Both the position numbers and the translations under genes were made by a program. Of a stretch of DNA of 59,525 bases, positions 38,589 to 47,896 are shown piece after piece. The notes under the pieces are model-generated. The model was not told the DNA's origin. It did not search any database and saw nothing but the letters and a program-made list of their open reading frames with translations. This DNA is from a virus (Duplodnaviria; Caudoviricetes). The DNA lies in the IMG/VR virus record IMGVR_UViG_3300022214_000006, positions 1 to 59,525 of that record. One strand, 5' to 3'. Positions within the stretch are counted from its first letter, which is position 1; each line of letters opens with the position of its first letter.

Positions 38589-38738
38589 GTGATTCTTTAC
38601 CTTTCTGAAGTCCAAGTTTATATGCCTTTGCTAAAAGTAAGTATAACACAGAACGATCTATAGTCAACACTTTTTCATCGCAGCGGATGTTGAAGCCGAT
38701 TAGTAATAAATCGTCGATTTGTTGGGGGGTTAGGGAGT

Positions 38739-39527
38739 TCATTTTATGTTTTCAATTCGTTTACGTGCAATATCTACATACTCTGGCGACAATTCAATCC
38801 CAATAAACTTTCTATTGTTTAACAGCGCCATCTTACCAGTTGTACCGCTGCCCATGAACGGGTCTAGCACTATCTCACCTTCGTTAGACCATGATAGGAT
38901 GTGATCTTTAGCTAAGGCTTCGGGAAATCTCGCTGGGTGTACTTTTGCTATTTTACATCCCTCTGTGCTCCCTGTTCTGTAAGTAAAGATATTTCCAGTT
39001 ATTTTATTATCAGAGATTACCTTTTTCGATAACTTTGTAAGAACACCTGTATTGTCTTTGTATTGTGATGGTTGCCCCCAAGTCTCCTGCCCGGCATATT
39101 TACAAGGTACTTTGATGGGGTTAAATGATTTTGGCTTACCATTGCTGAATACAAACATGTACTCCCACTCCTGCTCGTATCTGTTATGTGTTAGCGGAGT
39201 ATAATTTTCTTTTCGATAAATCATAGTGTCATGCAGATTAAATCCGCACTCTTTAAAGAATAGTGCTTGCTTAAACGATGTGCCTGTCTCACTACCTTTA
39301 ACGGTAGCGTCACCTACTACCCACACTACAACTCCACCGTCCTTAGTAACTCTGTACAGTTCTTTAGCCAAGGCTTCAAAATCCCATGTAAACCCATTAT
39401 AAGTACGCAGGTTATCATAAGGTGGGCTGGTTACAGTCAGGTCAATCATTCCGTCTGGGAACTGAGCCAGTGCGGAAACATTATCGCTTGTGATTAGTTT
39501 TGCGTTACCTATGCGTTCGATGTTCAT
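38739..39527 (-). CDS. DNA N4-cytosine/N6-adenine methyltransferase (beta class)
   Basis: 'TSPPY', 'HPARFP..L', 'LDPFMGSGTTG'. Confidence 0.92.
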   Translation of the reverse strand: MNIERIGNAKLITSDNVSALAQFPDGMIDLTVTSPPYDNLRTYNGFTWDFEALAKELYRVTKDGGVVVWVVGDATVKGSETGTSFKQALFFKECGFNLHDTMIYRKENYTPLTHNRYEQEWEYMFVFSNGKPKSFNPIKVPCKYAGQETWGQPSQYKDNTGVLTKLSKKVISDNKITGNIFTYRTGSTEGCKIAKVHPARFPEALAKDHILSWSNEGEIVLDPFMGSGTTGKMALLNNRKFIGIELSPEYVDIARKRIENIK

Positions 39528-40279
39528 TTAAAGTTCCAAGTAGCTGCCAAACCTTCTGGCTGGTTTAAAACGGGTTCGGTGAGTTTAATATGTTTTTGAT
39601 GGGTGTCAAGGGGTTTACGTTGCCTGTTCAATAAAAGTGTCATATAGAGTGCAAATGGGTCTAGGGCTAACGCAACCCCCAGAATCATCCAGCCAACAGC
39701 AGTTTCAATGCTTGCCCCAAACGAACCCGCGATACTCACAATCGGCCCAAGTTCCCCAAGACCATCAATGCTGCTAACTTGTGAGATTTCAAGTTTTTCG
39801 TTTACTGATTTCAAACTTTTAGCAATGTCTTTACGTTCTTCATCAAATGCTAAAATCAATTTCAACCTTCCATTGACAAACTCTTTCGGTAAATCTATAA
39901 CTTGTTGGTCTATAGAAGTGATACGAGCCTCTAGGCGGCTCTTCTCTGCTGTCAGGCTAGTCAGGTCTACCTCAATCTTTTGCACGGCTTTATGGTTCAT
40001 TTGGAAGGCGTTGGCGAGGTATCCATAGACACCTATACTTGTAAGCAAACTCACATATACAGCTACAATTACTACTGACAATTTAAACCTGTTGTTAAGG
40101 GTATACCACTGCTGCATGGCATAGGCTACCAACGAATATTTACCGAGTTCAATACCTACTCCAGCACAGACCATGGGCCAATATGCGCCTTTAAAGACTG
40201 CCCCGAGGCCAGTGATGGCACTGATTGCTGAAAATATGGCGATAATTAGGATACTTAATCGTAGTAAATTGACTATCAT
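39524..40279 (-). CDS. Membrane protein with coiled coil
   Basis: 3 N-terminal TMs, coiled coil, C-terminal TM ending 'LDP'. Confidence 0.7.
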   Translation of the reverse strand: MIVNLLRLSILIIAIFSAISAITGLGAVFKGAYWPMVCAGVGIELGKYSLVAYAMQQWYTLNNRFKLSVVIVAVYVSLLTSIGVYGYLANAFQMNHKAVQKIEVDLTSLTAEKSRLEARITSIDQQVIDLPKEFVNGRLKLILAFDEERKDIAKSLKSVNEKLEISQVSSIDGLGELGPIVSIAGSFGASIETAVGWMILGVALALDPFALYMTLLLNRQRKPLDTHQKHIKLTEPVLNQPEGLAATWNFK

Positions 40280-40483
40280 TTACCAATATCCATTACTACT
40301 ATGATAATCCCCCTGACCAAGATACTGCATGTCATCAAAAAGGCAACCGTGATTCATTGTTTCTGAACAGGTTGTATATTTTACCAATTCACCGTTAATG
40401 TTTGCGTAATTAATTTTCTTATGTAACAAGTCGCTGTAAACAGCCTCTTGTTTTTTAGAGTACCAGAAGTGATGGTTTTTCAT
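40280..40483 (-). CDS. Hypothetical protein
   Basis: Coupled ORF. Confidence 0.55.
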   Translation of the reverse strand: MKNHHFWYSKKQEAVYSDLLHKKINYANINGELVKYTTCSETMNHGCLFDDMQYLGQGDYHSSNGYW

Positions 40484-40485
40484 TT

Positions 40486-40722
40486 TCAGAATCCTTTAAT
40501 CAGTACAATAGCATCTTTTAGATTTGATACTTTCTGTACAGTATCTGAACCACAGGCATGTTTAAATGTTCCAGACTCATTAAGAATCTGACAGATTATG
40601 CCATGATTCCAAACAGCATTGTCCGCTGGTACGCGCTTGATGATCACACCGATGTTGTCTTCAATCAAACGGTAGATATATGCGCCGTGACACAGTTCAT
40701 AGGTTGTGGATATGATTTTCAT
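40486..40722 (-). CDS. Hypothetical protein
   Basis: ORF in run. Confidence 0.55.
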   Translation of the reverse strand: MKIISTTYELCHGAYIYRLIEDNIGVIIKRVPADNAVWNHGIICQILNESGTFKHACGSDTVQKVSNLKDAIVLIKGF

Positions 40723-40905
40723 TTTCTGGTACTCAGTTATTTAAAATAAAGAAAATCCGCGGCTGAGAAGTTACTGAAGGCACTCCTATTAAAATTAGAC
40801 CAACCACATATGTATTAGCGTCTCCGCCTCGATAAAATGTTATGGCTCCAAGTGCAAACATTAGGACAGAGCCTATAATCTTTTGTTTATTTTTGATTGT
40901 TGGTA

Positions 40906-41076
40906 TCATTTCCCACCTTTCTTAAATAACTTATCCCAATCTTCTTTTGAAAACGCTCCAACATAACCAAGACCTTCACAAGTCGGACAGTCCTCAACGT
41001 CTGGATGATCCGCTGACTTCTTTGGAAGTTCGGCGTAAACTTTTCCGGTGCCGTTACATTTCGGACACTTAATCAT
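40906..41076 (-). CDS. Small CxxCxGxG Zn-finger protein
   Basis: 'CPKCNGTG...CPTCEGLG'. Confidence 0.6.
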   Translation of the reverse strand: MIKCPKCNGTGKVYAELPKKSADHPDVEDCPTCEGLGYVGAFSKEDWDKLFKKGGK

Positions 41077-41404
41077 TTCTGTATTTCCTAAAAATCGAAG
41101 CGTACCTACCATTCACATCAAGCGTTCTAACCGATGTCTCCTGCTTAGGTTTCTTGATTGATGGAAACGGTCTGCCATTTCGTTGAGTCTCGCTGAAATA
41201 TTTTCCTGCGATAACTTCCCAAGCGGATTTAACATAGTAACGACTGCTACCATCAGAGTGTTCAATATTGACATTCATTGAGATGTTTGAGCCTGTACCA
41301 AGTTTTCGAGCCAAGCGAAAGGCTTTCAGTTTGGTGTCAGTCGAGTGCATCCCGTTGCCGGGCGTGTAATTTGGTTTGTAGACGGTGTAGGTGATGGTTT
41401 TCAT
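41069..41404 (-). CDS. Hypothetical protein
   Basis: Coupled ORF. Confidence 0.6.
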   Translation of the reverse strand: MKTITYTVYKPNYTPGNGMHSTDTKLKAFRLARKLGTGSNISMNVNIEHSDGSSRYYVKSAWEVIAGKYFSETQRNGRPFPSIKKPKQETSVRTLDVNGRYASIFRKYRND

Positions 41405-41922
41405 CTCTTAATATCCTCATACAAAACACCGATTGCAAGATAAGCAATGGCTCCTAGTTGCTCTCGCTTACGAGCCTCCCCAGTCATTCCTTGACTTTCA
41501 GAGAGTTTCTTCGCTGCCTGTCCAAAGGCGAATCCAACACCATAAGTATCACATAAATCTTTCCACGGCTGATTGAGAAAATCTTTACCGTTCCCATGCC
41601 GCTCTTCGCCCTTCCCTTTGGAAACTTGGTTGATAACTTCATCGAAAACTTTTTGGAGTTGATGTGGTTCTGATTCTACCCATTTATCAAAATCAATTGC
41701 TATTTTATCATGATGTTCATCCAACCCTGTTTCTTTCAACATACCGTCAAGAACTTTTTTAGGCAAAGTTGCTTCAGAATAAGGTTTAGTATTTACCAAC
41801 GGTGCATAACCGCCACGATCATCTGCGACTTCCGTAAGCCTGCCAACAGTTTTACCAGCGGCTATAGACTCTTCCATCTGCTGTTCTTCATATAGTGCTG
41901 CGTCTTCGATTCCGCCACCCAT
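41401..41922 (-). CDS. Conserved phage hypothetical protein
   Basis: 'Q...GKG.ERH.....F..QP......G.GF..GQA.KK..E' motif; start after GGAG. Confidence 0.7.
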   Translation of the reverse strand: MGGGIEDAALYEEQQMEESIAAGKTVGRLTEVADDRGGYAPLVNTKPYSEATLPKKVLDGMLKETGLDEHHDKIAIDFDKWVESEPHQLQKVFDEVINQVSKGKGEERHGNGKDFLNQPWKDLCDTYGVGFAFGQAAKKLSESQGMTGEARKREQLGAIAYLAIGVLYEDIKR

Positions 41923-42096
41923 CTCAGTCTCCTTTAATTGCTTCATCAATAGCATCGCGTGGATCACTTTTCCACGACGACATCCACTTACCGTTTATGC
42001 TGACACGAAAGTCATCATGGATTTCATTCACGAGTGCTTTATTTTCAATCAACCAATTCAAACGGTCGGTATCAGATATTTTAGAAATGTTAAACA

Positions 42097-42279
42097 TTAG
42101 TCGCCAGCCATTTCAGAAAAATAGTCGGCGAGATCACGGGCTGTTACTGAGTAGCCACAACCTGTCAAGAATTTTAAATATTCATCAGATAAATCAGTCC
42201 AAGTGTGACGATTCGAGATGATCATCTCTAATTTATCGTCGCCGCAGTATTGGATGAATTTTATGGTGTTTTCGGACAT
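42097..42279 (-). CDS. Hypothetical protein
   Basis: RBS AAGGAG. Confidence 0.6.
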   Translation of the reverse strand: MSENTIKFIQYCGDDKLEMIISNRHTWTDLSDEYLKFLTGCGYSVTARDLADYFSEMAGD

Positions 42280-42299
42280 TTGTTACTCCTTGTTAAATT

Positions 42300-42377
42300 T
42301 GGTGGGTCACGCTGGAATCGAACCAATCCGTCTGACGGTTATGAGCCGCCTGCTTTCACCAAGTAAGCTAGTGACCC
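42300..42377 (-). tRNA. tRNA with CAU anticodon (Met or Ile2)
   Basis: Acceptor GGGTCAC/GTGACCC, arm GGCGG-CTCATAA-CCGTC, T-loop TTCGATT, encoded CCA. Confidence 0.9.
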
Positions 42378-42379
42378 GT

Positions 42380-42455
42380 TGGCAGGCTCTGATGGACTCG
42401 AACCATCGACACTCGGATTAGAAATCCGATGCTCTATCCTCTGAGCTAAGAGGCT
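42380..42455 (-). tRNA. tRNA-Arg (UCU)
   Basis: Arm TCGGA-TTTCTAA-TCCGA, T-loop TTCGAGT, encoded CCA; one C-C mismatch in the acceptor stem. Confidence 0.88.
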
Positions 42456-42708
42456 ATACGTAGCAAACAATTTCTTCGATGAACGCGAACTTTGTAAGCG
42501 GAAATTTCGGCTTCTTAATCTGCTTCCAGTTTTCAGGATCACAACACGGTTCAAAACCTGTCGGCCCACCCATAGCAGGGCTATCTCTACCAAGGCATTT
42601 TCCATTACGCTCGTAAAGCACAATGTCCAATGTGCCGTCATCATACACAAAATTAATTCTACCAATTTGTGTATTACTTGCAACCCACTGTCCTCGATCA
42701 AATTTCAT
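42454..42708 (-). CDS. Hypothetical protein
   Basis: RBS GGGAG. Confidence 0.6.
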   Translation of the reverse strand: MKFDRGQWVASNTQIGRINFVYDDGTLDIVLYERNGKCLGRDSPAMGGPTGFEPCCDPENWKQIKKPKFPLTKFAFIEEIVCYV

Positions 42709-42729
42709 TGTTTACTCCCTGTTAAATTC

Positions 42730-42897
42730 GTTTAAGCTATTGCAGGCATCATGTAATATCATTAAGTCGCACATGTTTACACGTTGACAGCAGGGTTATG
42801 AATGCTAAGGGACTCTGCGGTCGTGCTGCACTGCCTTGTTGCCACCAGCTTATCGGCGGTTGCCCGTAGGCTAGAGGAGCGACCCCTTACTTAAAAC
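42730..42897 (-). ncRNA. Possible structured ncRNA
   Basis: GC-rich ORF-free interval with several complementary segments. Confidence 0.3.
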
Positions 42898-43232
42898 TAA
42901 TGCACCGTATTAACATTATGTGTATTCAGCATCGAATGGTCTTGAATCGTCGAGCACATCTCAAACAGTTCTTTGACGTTCACATCATCAATGCATTCTG
43001 CATATGATAGCAGACTATCGCATACGCTGGCAAGTCGTGCAGCGTTGACGGTGACTGTTAGGTCGTCAAGATTCTGTTCCTTGTCAATGAGTGTATCAAG
43101 CTCGTAGAGGATAGATACACTGAAGTCGATAGCGCGGCTGATGGCTGTCTCGGAGCTTAGCGGCTTGTATTCTCCGCATTCAGCACAGTCGCCGCAGCAA
43201 GCGTCCTTTTGATCGTTGCAAGTCATTATCAC
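42897..43232 (-). CDS. Hypothetical protein
   Basis: RBS AAGGAG. Confidence 0.6.
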   Translation of the reverse strand: MIMTCNDQKDACCGDCAECGEYKPLSSETAISRAIDFSVSILYELDTLIDKEQNLDDLTVTVNAARLASVCDSLLSYAECIDDVNVKELFEMCSTIQDHSMLNTHNVNTVH

Positions 43233-43699
43233 TCCTTAAAAATTTTGAAAAATGTGGCTGTGTTAAAAAGTATAGTTGCTATAACAAATCCATAAATGTC
43301 GTGACTTGCTGCCACGCATATCATTGAAGCTGTCAGGAAGAACGTTGAGTGTTTGATATTCACAGATTACCTCACAACATTCTTACGTTTACGGGCTTGC
43401 TCAAGGTCATAATTGGCAAGATGAGTCAAAATAGTTGTTGGCAGGTAGAACATTTGAATGATGAATGCGAAGAACAAAACCAGCAGCAGAACGGCGAAGG
43501 CTGGGATTAGCATTATTGACATGTAGATGTAGTTTCTCATTGGTTGTAAAAAATTCCGATAAAATCCATAAAGATTGCAACAGGTACTCCCACCACTATA
43601 AACAATAAGAATAGTGGTGTTTTCATTATAGTTAGATATAGACAATCTTTTTTAAATTCTTCAGAAAGCCTCCAAAAACAATAATGCAATGCAGTGTCT

Positions 43700-43987
43700 T
43701 CAAATTTCATTTTTATGTTCCTCCAAAAGTTTTTGTTGCAAGATGTCGTAGCCGTTAGTATGTCGTCCTTCTCGGTCGAAGAATATTTTAATCGCTTCCA
43801 AAAGTTCCTCAGCGTCGGAATCACTATCAGGTTGGCCTTTTATCTCGGCACGAAGTATATCAACTTCTGCTGGATCGGCTGGCTGCCAATGAGTTGCCGG
43901 AACGGATGGAATGTATCGGTAATTTACTACAAATACACAGCCACATATAGTTACTTCTGCTCCCTTTATGGTGATTGATTTGTTCAT
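43700..43987 (-). CDS. Hypothetical protein
   Basis: RBS GAGGAG; 'PAT..QPA.P.EV.I' motif. Confidence 0.6.
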   Translation of the reverse strand: MNKSITIKGAEVTICGCVFVVNYRYIPSVPATHWQPADPAEVDILRAEIKGQPDSDSDAEELLEAIKIFFDREGRHTNGYDILQQKLLEEHKNEI

Positions 43988-44008
43988 CTGCTTCTCCTCT
44001 ATCAGTTA

Positions 44009-44203
44009 CTACAAGATGTACGGAATAGTTACAGTGCCAACAAACTCTATTTTCAGCGAGTCTTTACCGTGGCGTTCACGAAATTCAGGTGGACACTTTT
44101 TATCCATAAACTCCCGAATTTGTTCTTCATTGTTGGCGAGCATTTCTTTAAATTCCCAACCCCAGTCTATTCCGCTAAACCATTCTACAAAATATTTGTT
44201 CAT
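44009..44203 (-). CDS. Hypothetical protein
   Basis: RBS GAGGAG. Confidence 0.6.
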   Translation of the reverse strand: MNKYFVEWFSGIDWGWEFKEMLANNEEQIREFMDKKCPPEFRERHGKDSLKIEFVGTVTIPYIL

Positions 44204-44221
44204 TTCCTTCTCCTCTAACAG

Positions 44222-44566
44222 TTATTTTAAACACACTCAAATCCAAATGCGTTTAAAAGCACCTACTCTTGCGAATGGATTCTTCAAGGTTGCCGACCTT
44301 GGTTACTATGTAGGTATAGCTTCAGATCGGAAGTCTATTAGATACTCTCTCAGTTGACGCAGCAAGTGCGAATTCCCTTTACCAGATTTCTCGCTAATTT
44401 ACCCACCTACATATTCATCTAGCTGGTTTCACTTGAGTTGTTACATCACGTTAAGGTAATGCACGTTACTTGCTACCCGATATACGGACAAGTCCTTAAT
44501 GAAGTGACAACCAACTCATTTTCACTAGACAGGCTATTTTCTTAAAGAGCGATTACTTCTACAACG
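44222..44566 (-). ncRNA. Unknown large structured ncRNA candidate (~340 nt)
   Basis: Follows a perfect promoter; nested helices CTAG/CTAG, TGAGTTG/CAACTCA, TTAAGG/CCTTAA, ACTTG/CAAGT, TATGTAGGT/ACCTACATA, CAAGGT/ACCTTG; 3' hairpin 44225-44258. Confidence 0.6.
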
Positions 44567-44573
44567 TTAAAAT

Positions 44574-44602
44574 ATTATAGCAAAACTGGTTATGGATGTC
44601 AA
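44574..44602 (-). promoter_or_regulatory. Consensus sigma70 promoter
   Basis: TTGACA-N17-TATAAT. Confidence 0.8.
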
Positions 44603-45090
44603 ATGTTATTTAAGGTTTCTACTTTTTGATGTTTCGGTATAACCATCCATTGTTCGTTCGTTACCCAAGTCCTATCACCACAATATCTACATTTTATATA
44701 GGCTATAGGAGACAAAGACATCTGTTTATTATCACGGAATAATGGTTGCCCATAATAGTCATAATTTGATGCTTCCCAATAATGATTACAATCTGTCATT
44801 TTATTTTGTCCTTGCTGTGTATGTGCGGCTTTTAGTAAATCGCGTATTGCTGCGCGAATTGGTTTGGCAAGAGGTTGGTCGAAATCGTCGGAAAAATTAC
44901 CATAATCATAAGCTTCAAATAGTAACTGTGGAACATGCAAACGTTTAATAGCAAATAGGATTTGTTCATTATCAGGTTCACACCCCAATTCATTCGCAGT
45001 TTCCTTTAACACAACCCCTAATGTATTCTCAACCTCTGCTAGTTGTTTTCGCAGTTGTTCGATTTCTTGACTGTCTTTGAGTGTTGTCAT
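44599..45090 (-). CDS. Hypothetical protein
   Basis: Coupled ORF. Confidence 0.55.
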   Translation of the reverse strand: MTTLKDSQEIEQLRKQLAEVENTLGVVLKETANELGCEPDNEQILFAIKRLHVPQLLFEAYDYGNFSDDFDQPLAKPIRAAIRDLLKAAHTQQGQNKMTDCNHYWEASNYDYYGQPLFRDNKQMSLSPIAYIKCRYCGDRTWVTNEQWMVIPKHQKVETLNNI

Positions 45091-45542
45091 TTTTTGACCG
45101 CTGCCTTTTTAGTTGGTAACAAGTAGAGCGGTACTGATGTTTCATCAGGGCATCCAACAGCTACAGAAAATGCTTGAGCAAAGGTTTCTTGTGATTGAAA
45201 CTTTTCAAGATCGCTTGGGTACATATGAGCAACTGGTTCCAATTTCTTCATCCACTCAATATGCGATGCTTCTAACCATTCTGCGGATTGACCAGAATCG
45301 GCAAAATATGCGATAGCGGCTTTGTTGTGTAACTCTCTACCTAGTCCAGACCCAGTGCTGTGATCGGTGTATTCGATATGTTCCCGTAGAGATTCAATCA
45401 GCATTGCGTTCTTCCGTTGCAGGTACTCATTTTTCTGCATAAGTGATAAAATTGTGTCACCAGCACGAATTAGGATGCCGTGCGACTCCCCGCCCTCGTA
45501 TCGTATTGCTGTGTCGTAACACTTTTTAGCTATATCACTCAT
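45087..45542 (-). CDS. Hypothetical protein
   Basis: RBS GAGGAG; 'EPVA......PLY' phage-type motif. Confidence 0.65.
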   Translation of the reverse strand: MSDIAKKCYDTAIRYEGGESHGILIRAGDTILSLMQKNEYLQRKNAMLIESLREHIEYTDHSTGSGLGRELHNKAAIAYFADSGQSAEWLEASHIEWMKKLEPVAHMYPSDLEKFQSQETFAQAFSVAVGCPDETSVPLYLLPTKKAAVKK

Positions 45543-45668
45543 ATCAAATACTCCTCTCTAACTGTTAAAAACTCTTTAGTCTTTTCTTCTGCACTCAGGT
45601 AGAACCAATAGGCGCTTGTGACGTTCCACAAATTAATCGGAGGGAACGTGAAGTCCGGCCAACTGATA

Positions 45669-46037
45669 TCAGTCGTCGCTGTCGTCATTTATATCACCTG
45701 TCAACAGTCTCACCTGTTCAGCGTGTTCGCACGGATAAGGCTTGGCGAATAGGTCGGCAAACACGCCTTCAGTAATCAGTCCAAATTTGAAGGTGTCTTC
45801 TTTAGGGGCTGTGACTTTCTTATAAATATTCATCGGCTGTCCTCCTCTTGGATTGGCTTCGGTGCGGTCGAACATCAGTAACCCTTTTAACGTTAACTTA
45901 CGCAGTGACTTGTTGACAACCGATTTATGATCGCCTACCACATGGTAGAACATCGGTGCGGATATGTCGGCATCGTCTGGTAACGTGTTGACAATATCCA
46001 TTATCTTTTGTTGGGTGGTGGCGTTTAGTTCTAGCAT
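45669..46037 (-). CDS. Putative winged-helix DNA-binding protein
   Basis: 'V...LRKL...GLL......RGG.P..IY' wHTH-like pattern. Confidence 0.5.
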   Translation of the reverse strand: MLELNATTQQKIMDIVNTLPDDADISAPMFYHVVGDHKSVVNKSLRKLTLKGLLMFDRTEANPRGGQPMNIYKKVTAPKEDTFKFGLITEGVFADLFAKPYPCEHAEQVRLLTGDINDDSDD

Positions 46038-46355
46038 TTATTTAGATTTAAAAGTGTTTAGATTGATGAGAACTAGGAGCCCCCATAAACAATGCATTGA
46101 ACCTGTAGTTATCGCTATCGTACCAACACATAATACGGCTACAATTATGGTCAGCATGTTTTCGTAAATTGATAGTTTGTATAGGTCTGGGTTCATTTTA
46201 TTCTACTCCAAATTCTTCAAGTTCTGCGATCATTTGGTCAACTTTATCACGCATGGCTATATGTTCGGCTTCTTCAAGTTCTGTACTTACTTCTTTTAGA
46301 AGTTGCAGGGTGTTGCTCAGTATTAGTACTGTGTTTAATGCGTATTTAGGCATGT

Positions 46356-46586
46356 TTAATCCCCCTTTATCTGTAAAACAACGTCGTCAAGAACACTTAC
46401 TGCAAAAGAGGCAGCACTATTTACGCGCCCCCTGTAAGTGTTTGCTGCTGAGACTTCTTCGGACTTTTTAGATACTATAGCAGCACAGTGAGTAATCGCT
46501 GCGTTCCACGCCATTTCAGCAGAGATAGCGTTACGATCTTGTTCAAATACGTTCTTGTCAAGCCAATCTTTATAGTGCATTTTCAC
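46356..46586 (-). CDS. Hypothetical protein
   Basis: Coupled ORF. Confidence 0.55.
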   Translation of the reverse strand: MKMHYKDWLDKNVFEQDRNAISAEMAWNAAITHCAAIVSKKSEEVSAANTYRGRVNSAASFAVSVLDDVVLQIKGD

Positions 46587-47053
46587 TCTCCAAATTTAAT
46601 TGATTGTGCCGGTTTGTTGTATTTGTCGTAGCTGTCTTGCATCTCATCAAGTCTATGCTGTTGATGCCTTATTTCAGAATCCAAATTCCATATCTCACTT
46701 TGCGTTTGTGCGTTGCCGCGCAGCAATTGTGCATGGGCAATCTCTTGCCTTATTCTTGATTGCGCATTTAAGTTATCGCACTGGTTCATGATATATTCAC
46801 CTTTGGCTGCTTTAAGTATGTCGTTTACTTTTGGGATATTGAACTCTGGAATTGACTCTTTGCAGGCAGCTAAAAGTATCTCGACAGCTTCCAGCAGTGC
46901 ATCATGGCTATTCCAAGTGAGTGCTAGGCGCTTGGCGTTGTCGATATGGTTTACACCGTCAACCGCAGGTGTGTTTGCAACAACAACATCACCAATGCAT
47001 AACTGTACCGTTGCACCCATGTTGTAACCATTCAACTTTCCTTTAGTGTGCAT
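46583..47053 (-). CDS. Hypothetical protein (possible in-frame fusion of two genes)
   Basis: Start after GAGGAG at 47053; similar RBS/ATG context repeated at 46789. Confidence 0.55.
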   Translation of the reverse strand: MHTKGKLNGYNMGATVQLCIGDVVVANTPAVDGVNHIDNAKRLALTWNSHDALLEAVEILLAACKESIPEFNIPKVNDILKAAKGEYIMNQCDNLNAQSRIRQEIAHAQLLRGNAQTQSEIWNLDSEIRHQQHRLDEMQDSYDKYNKPAQSIKFGE

Positions 47054-47076
47054 GATATATTCTCCTCTTGTGTTAG

Positions 47077-47373
47077 TTATGCAATGCAAAACATCCAGCC
47101 ATCTTTCTGCGCGCCAATTATTGCTTCTTCGAGTGTAGTTCCAAATCCAGACCAAAACCTTCCGCTCGGATACCATACTACTATTTGGTTTGGCGCTTCC
47201 TTAGTTCCTTTTCCAAGGTACATAAATGTGTGCCCGGTTGCATTGAAGTTTTGCACCTTGTAAAACTTTGAATATGATTTTACGTATTCCGCATCCTTTG
47301 GCAATTCAGAAGAATCGCAGCTTGAAACAAAAAATGTGTGTCCTGAAAATGTGGAATGTATGGTTTTCTTCAT
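47077..47373 (-). CDS. Hypothetical protein
   Basis: RBS GAGGAG; repeated promoter upstream. Confidence 0.65.
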   Translation of the reverse strand: MKKTIHSTFSGHTFFVSSCDSSELPKDAEYVKSYSKFYKVQNFNATGHTFMYLGKGTKEAPNQIVVWYPSGRFWSGFGTTLEEAIIGAQKDGWMFCIA

Positions 47374-47405
47374 GATCTATTCTCCTCTTGTGTTAGTTAA
47401 TCAAC

Positions 47406-47445
47406 TTAAGAACACTCATTATACATGAACTGGAGAAATTTGCAA
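47406..47445 (-). promoter_or_regulatory. Repeated phage promoter, copy 3
   Basis: TTGCAA-N16-TATAATGAGTGTTCTTAA. Confidence 0.75.
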
Positions 47446-47452
47446 GCACTTT

Positions 47453-47896
47453 TTATTGTCGGAAATGGATTTCTAACTGTTTTCGGTGGTGGAGGAACTT
47501 TTTATAGTATTGATCTGCGCTTATCTTGGCTTTACCTGCTTTAAAAGTGCCAATCCCCACATTATAACTACGAATTGCGTTCTCAGAACTATCAAGTCTT
47601 TTGTAATACTGTCGAAGTAACCCTGTACCGGCTATCATGTTTTTGTCTAGGTCTTTGCTACCCCCTCGAACCTGCATAATACCGACGCTCGGTATCCCTT
47701 TTTCTGGGTTGATAGCATTGGTACGGTATGCACTTTCTACCCTAATCACAGCCAGTATATCTAAGTAGGTCGGAAAATCTGGATAAGCTAACTGTTTTGC
47801 AAGTTTTACGATACGCTTAGGAGGTGTAATAAAATTATCGACTGCACCCGCTTCGCAACTAACCAGTAACATCAAAAAACATGCAAATTTAAACAT
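47453..47896 (-). CDS. Lytic transglycosylase (SLT domain) with N-terminal signal peptide
   Basis: 'AVI.VES.Y...A', 'GIMQV', 'A..SYN.G'; promoter TTGACA-N17-TATCAT at 47925-47953. Confidence 0.85.
   Translation of the reverse strand: MFKFACFLMLLVSCEAGAVDNFITPPKRIVKLAKQLAYPDFPTYLDILAVIRVESAYRTNAINPEKGIPSVGIMQVRGGSKDLDKNMIAGTGLLRQYYKRLDSSENAIRSYNVGIGTFKAGKAKISADQYYKKFLHHRKQLEIHFRQ

Noticed and set aside
42339-42701. 120-aa ORF from the ORF track
   Set aside because: It overlaps two tRNAs and a better ORF with an RBS (42454-42708).
43968-44357. Plus-strand 129-aa ORF overlapping the ncRNA candidate
   Set aside because: Antisense to RBS-bearing minus-strand genes and to the promoter direction; no recognisable motif.
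44222-44566. Group I/II intron, tmRNA or RNase P identity
   Set aside because: No interrupted gene, no domain V or P7 signature, no tRNA-like ends and no RNase P consensus seen by eye.
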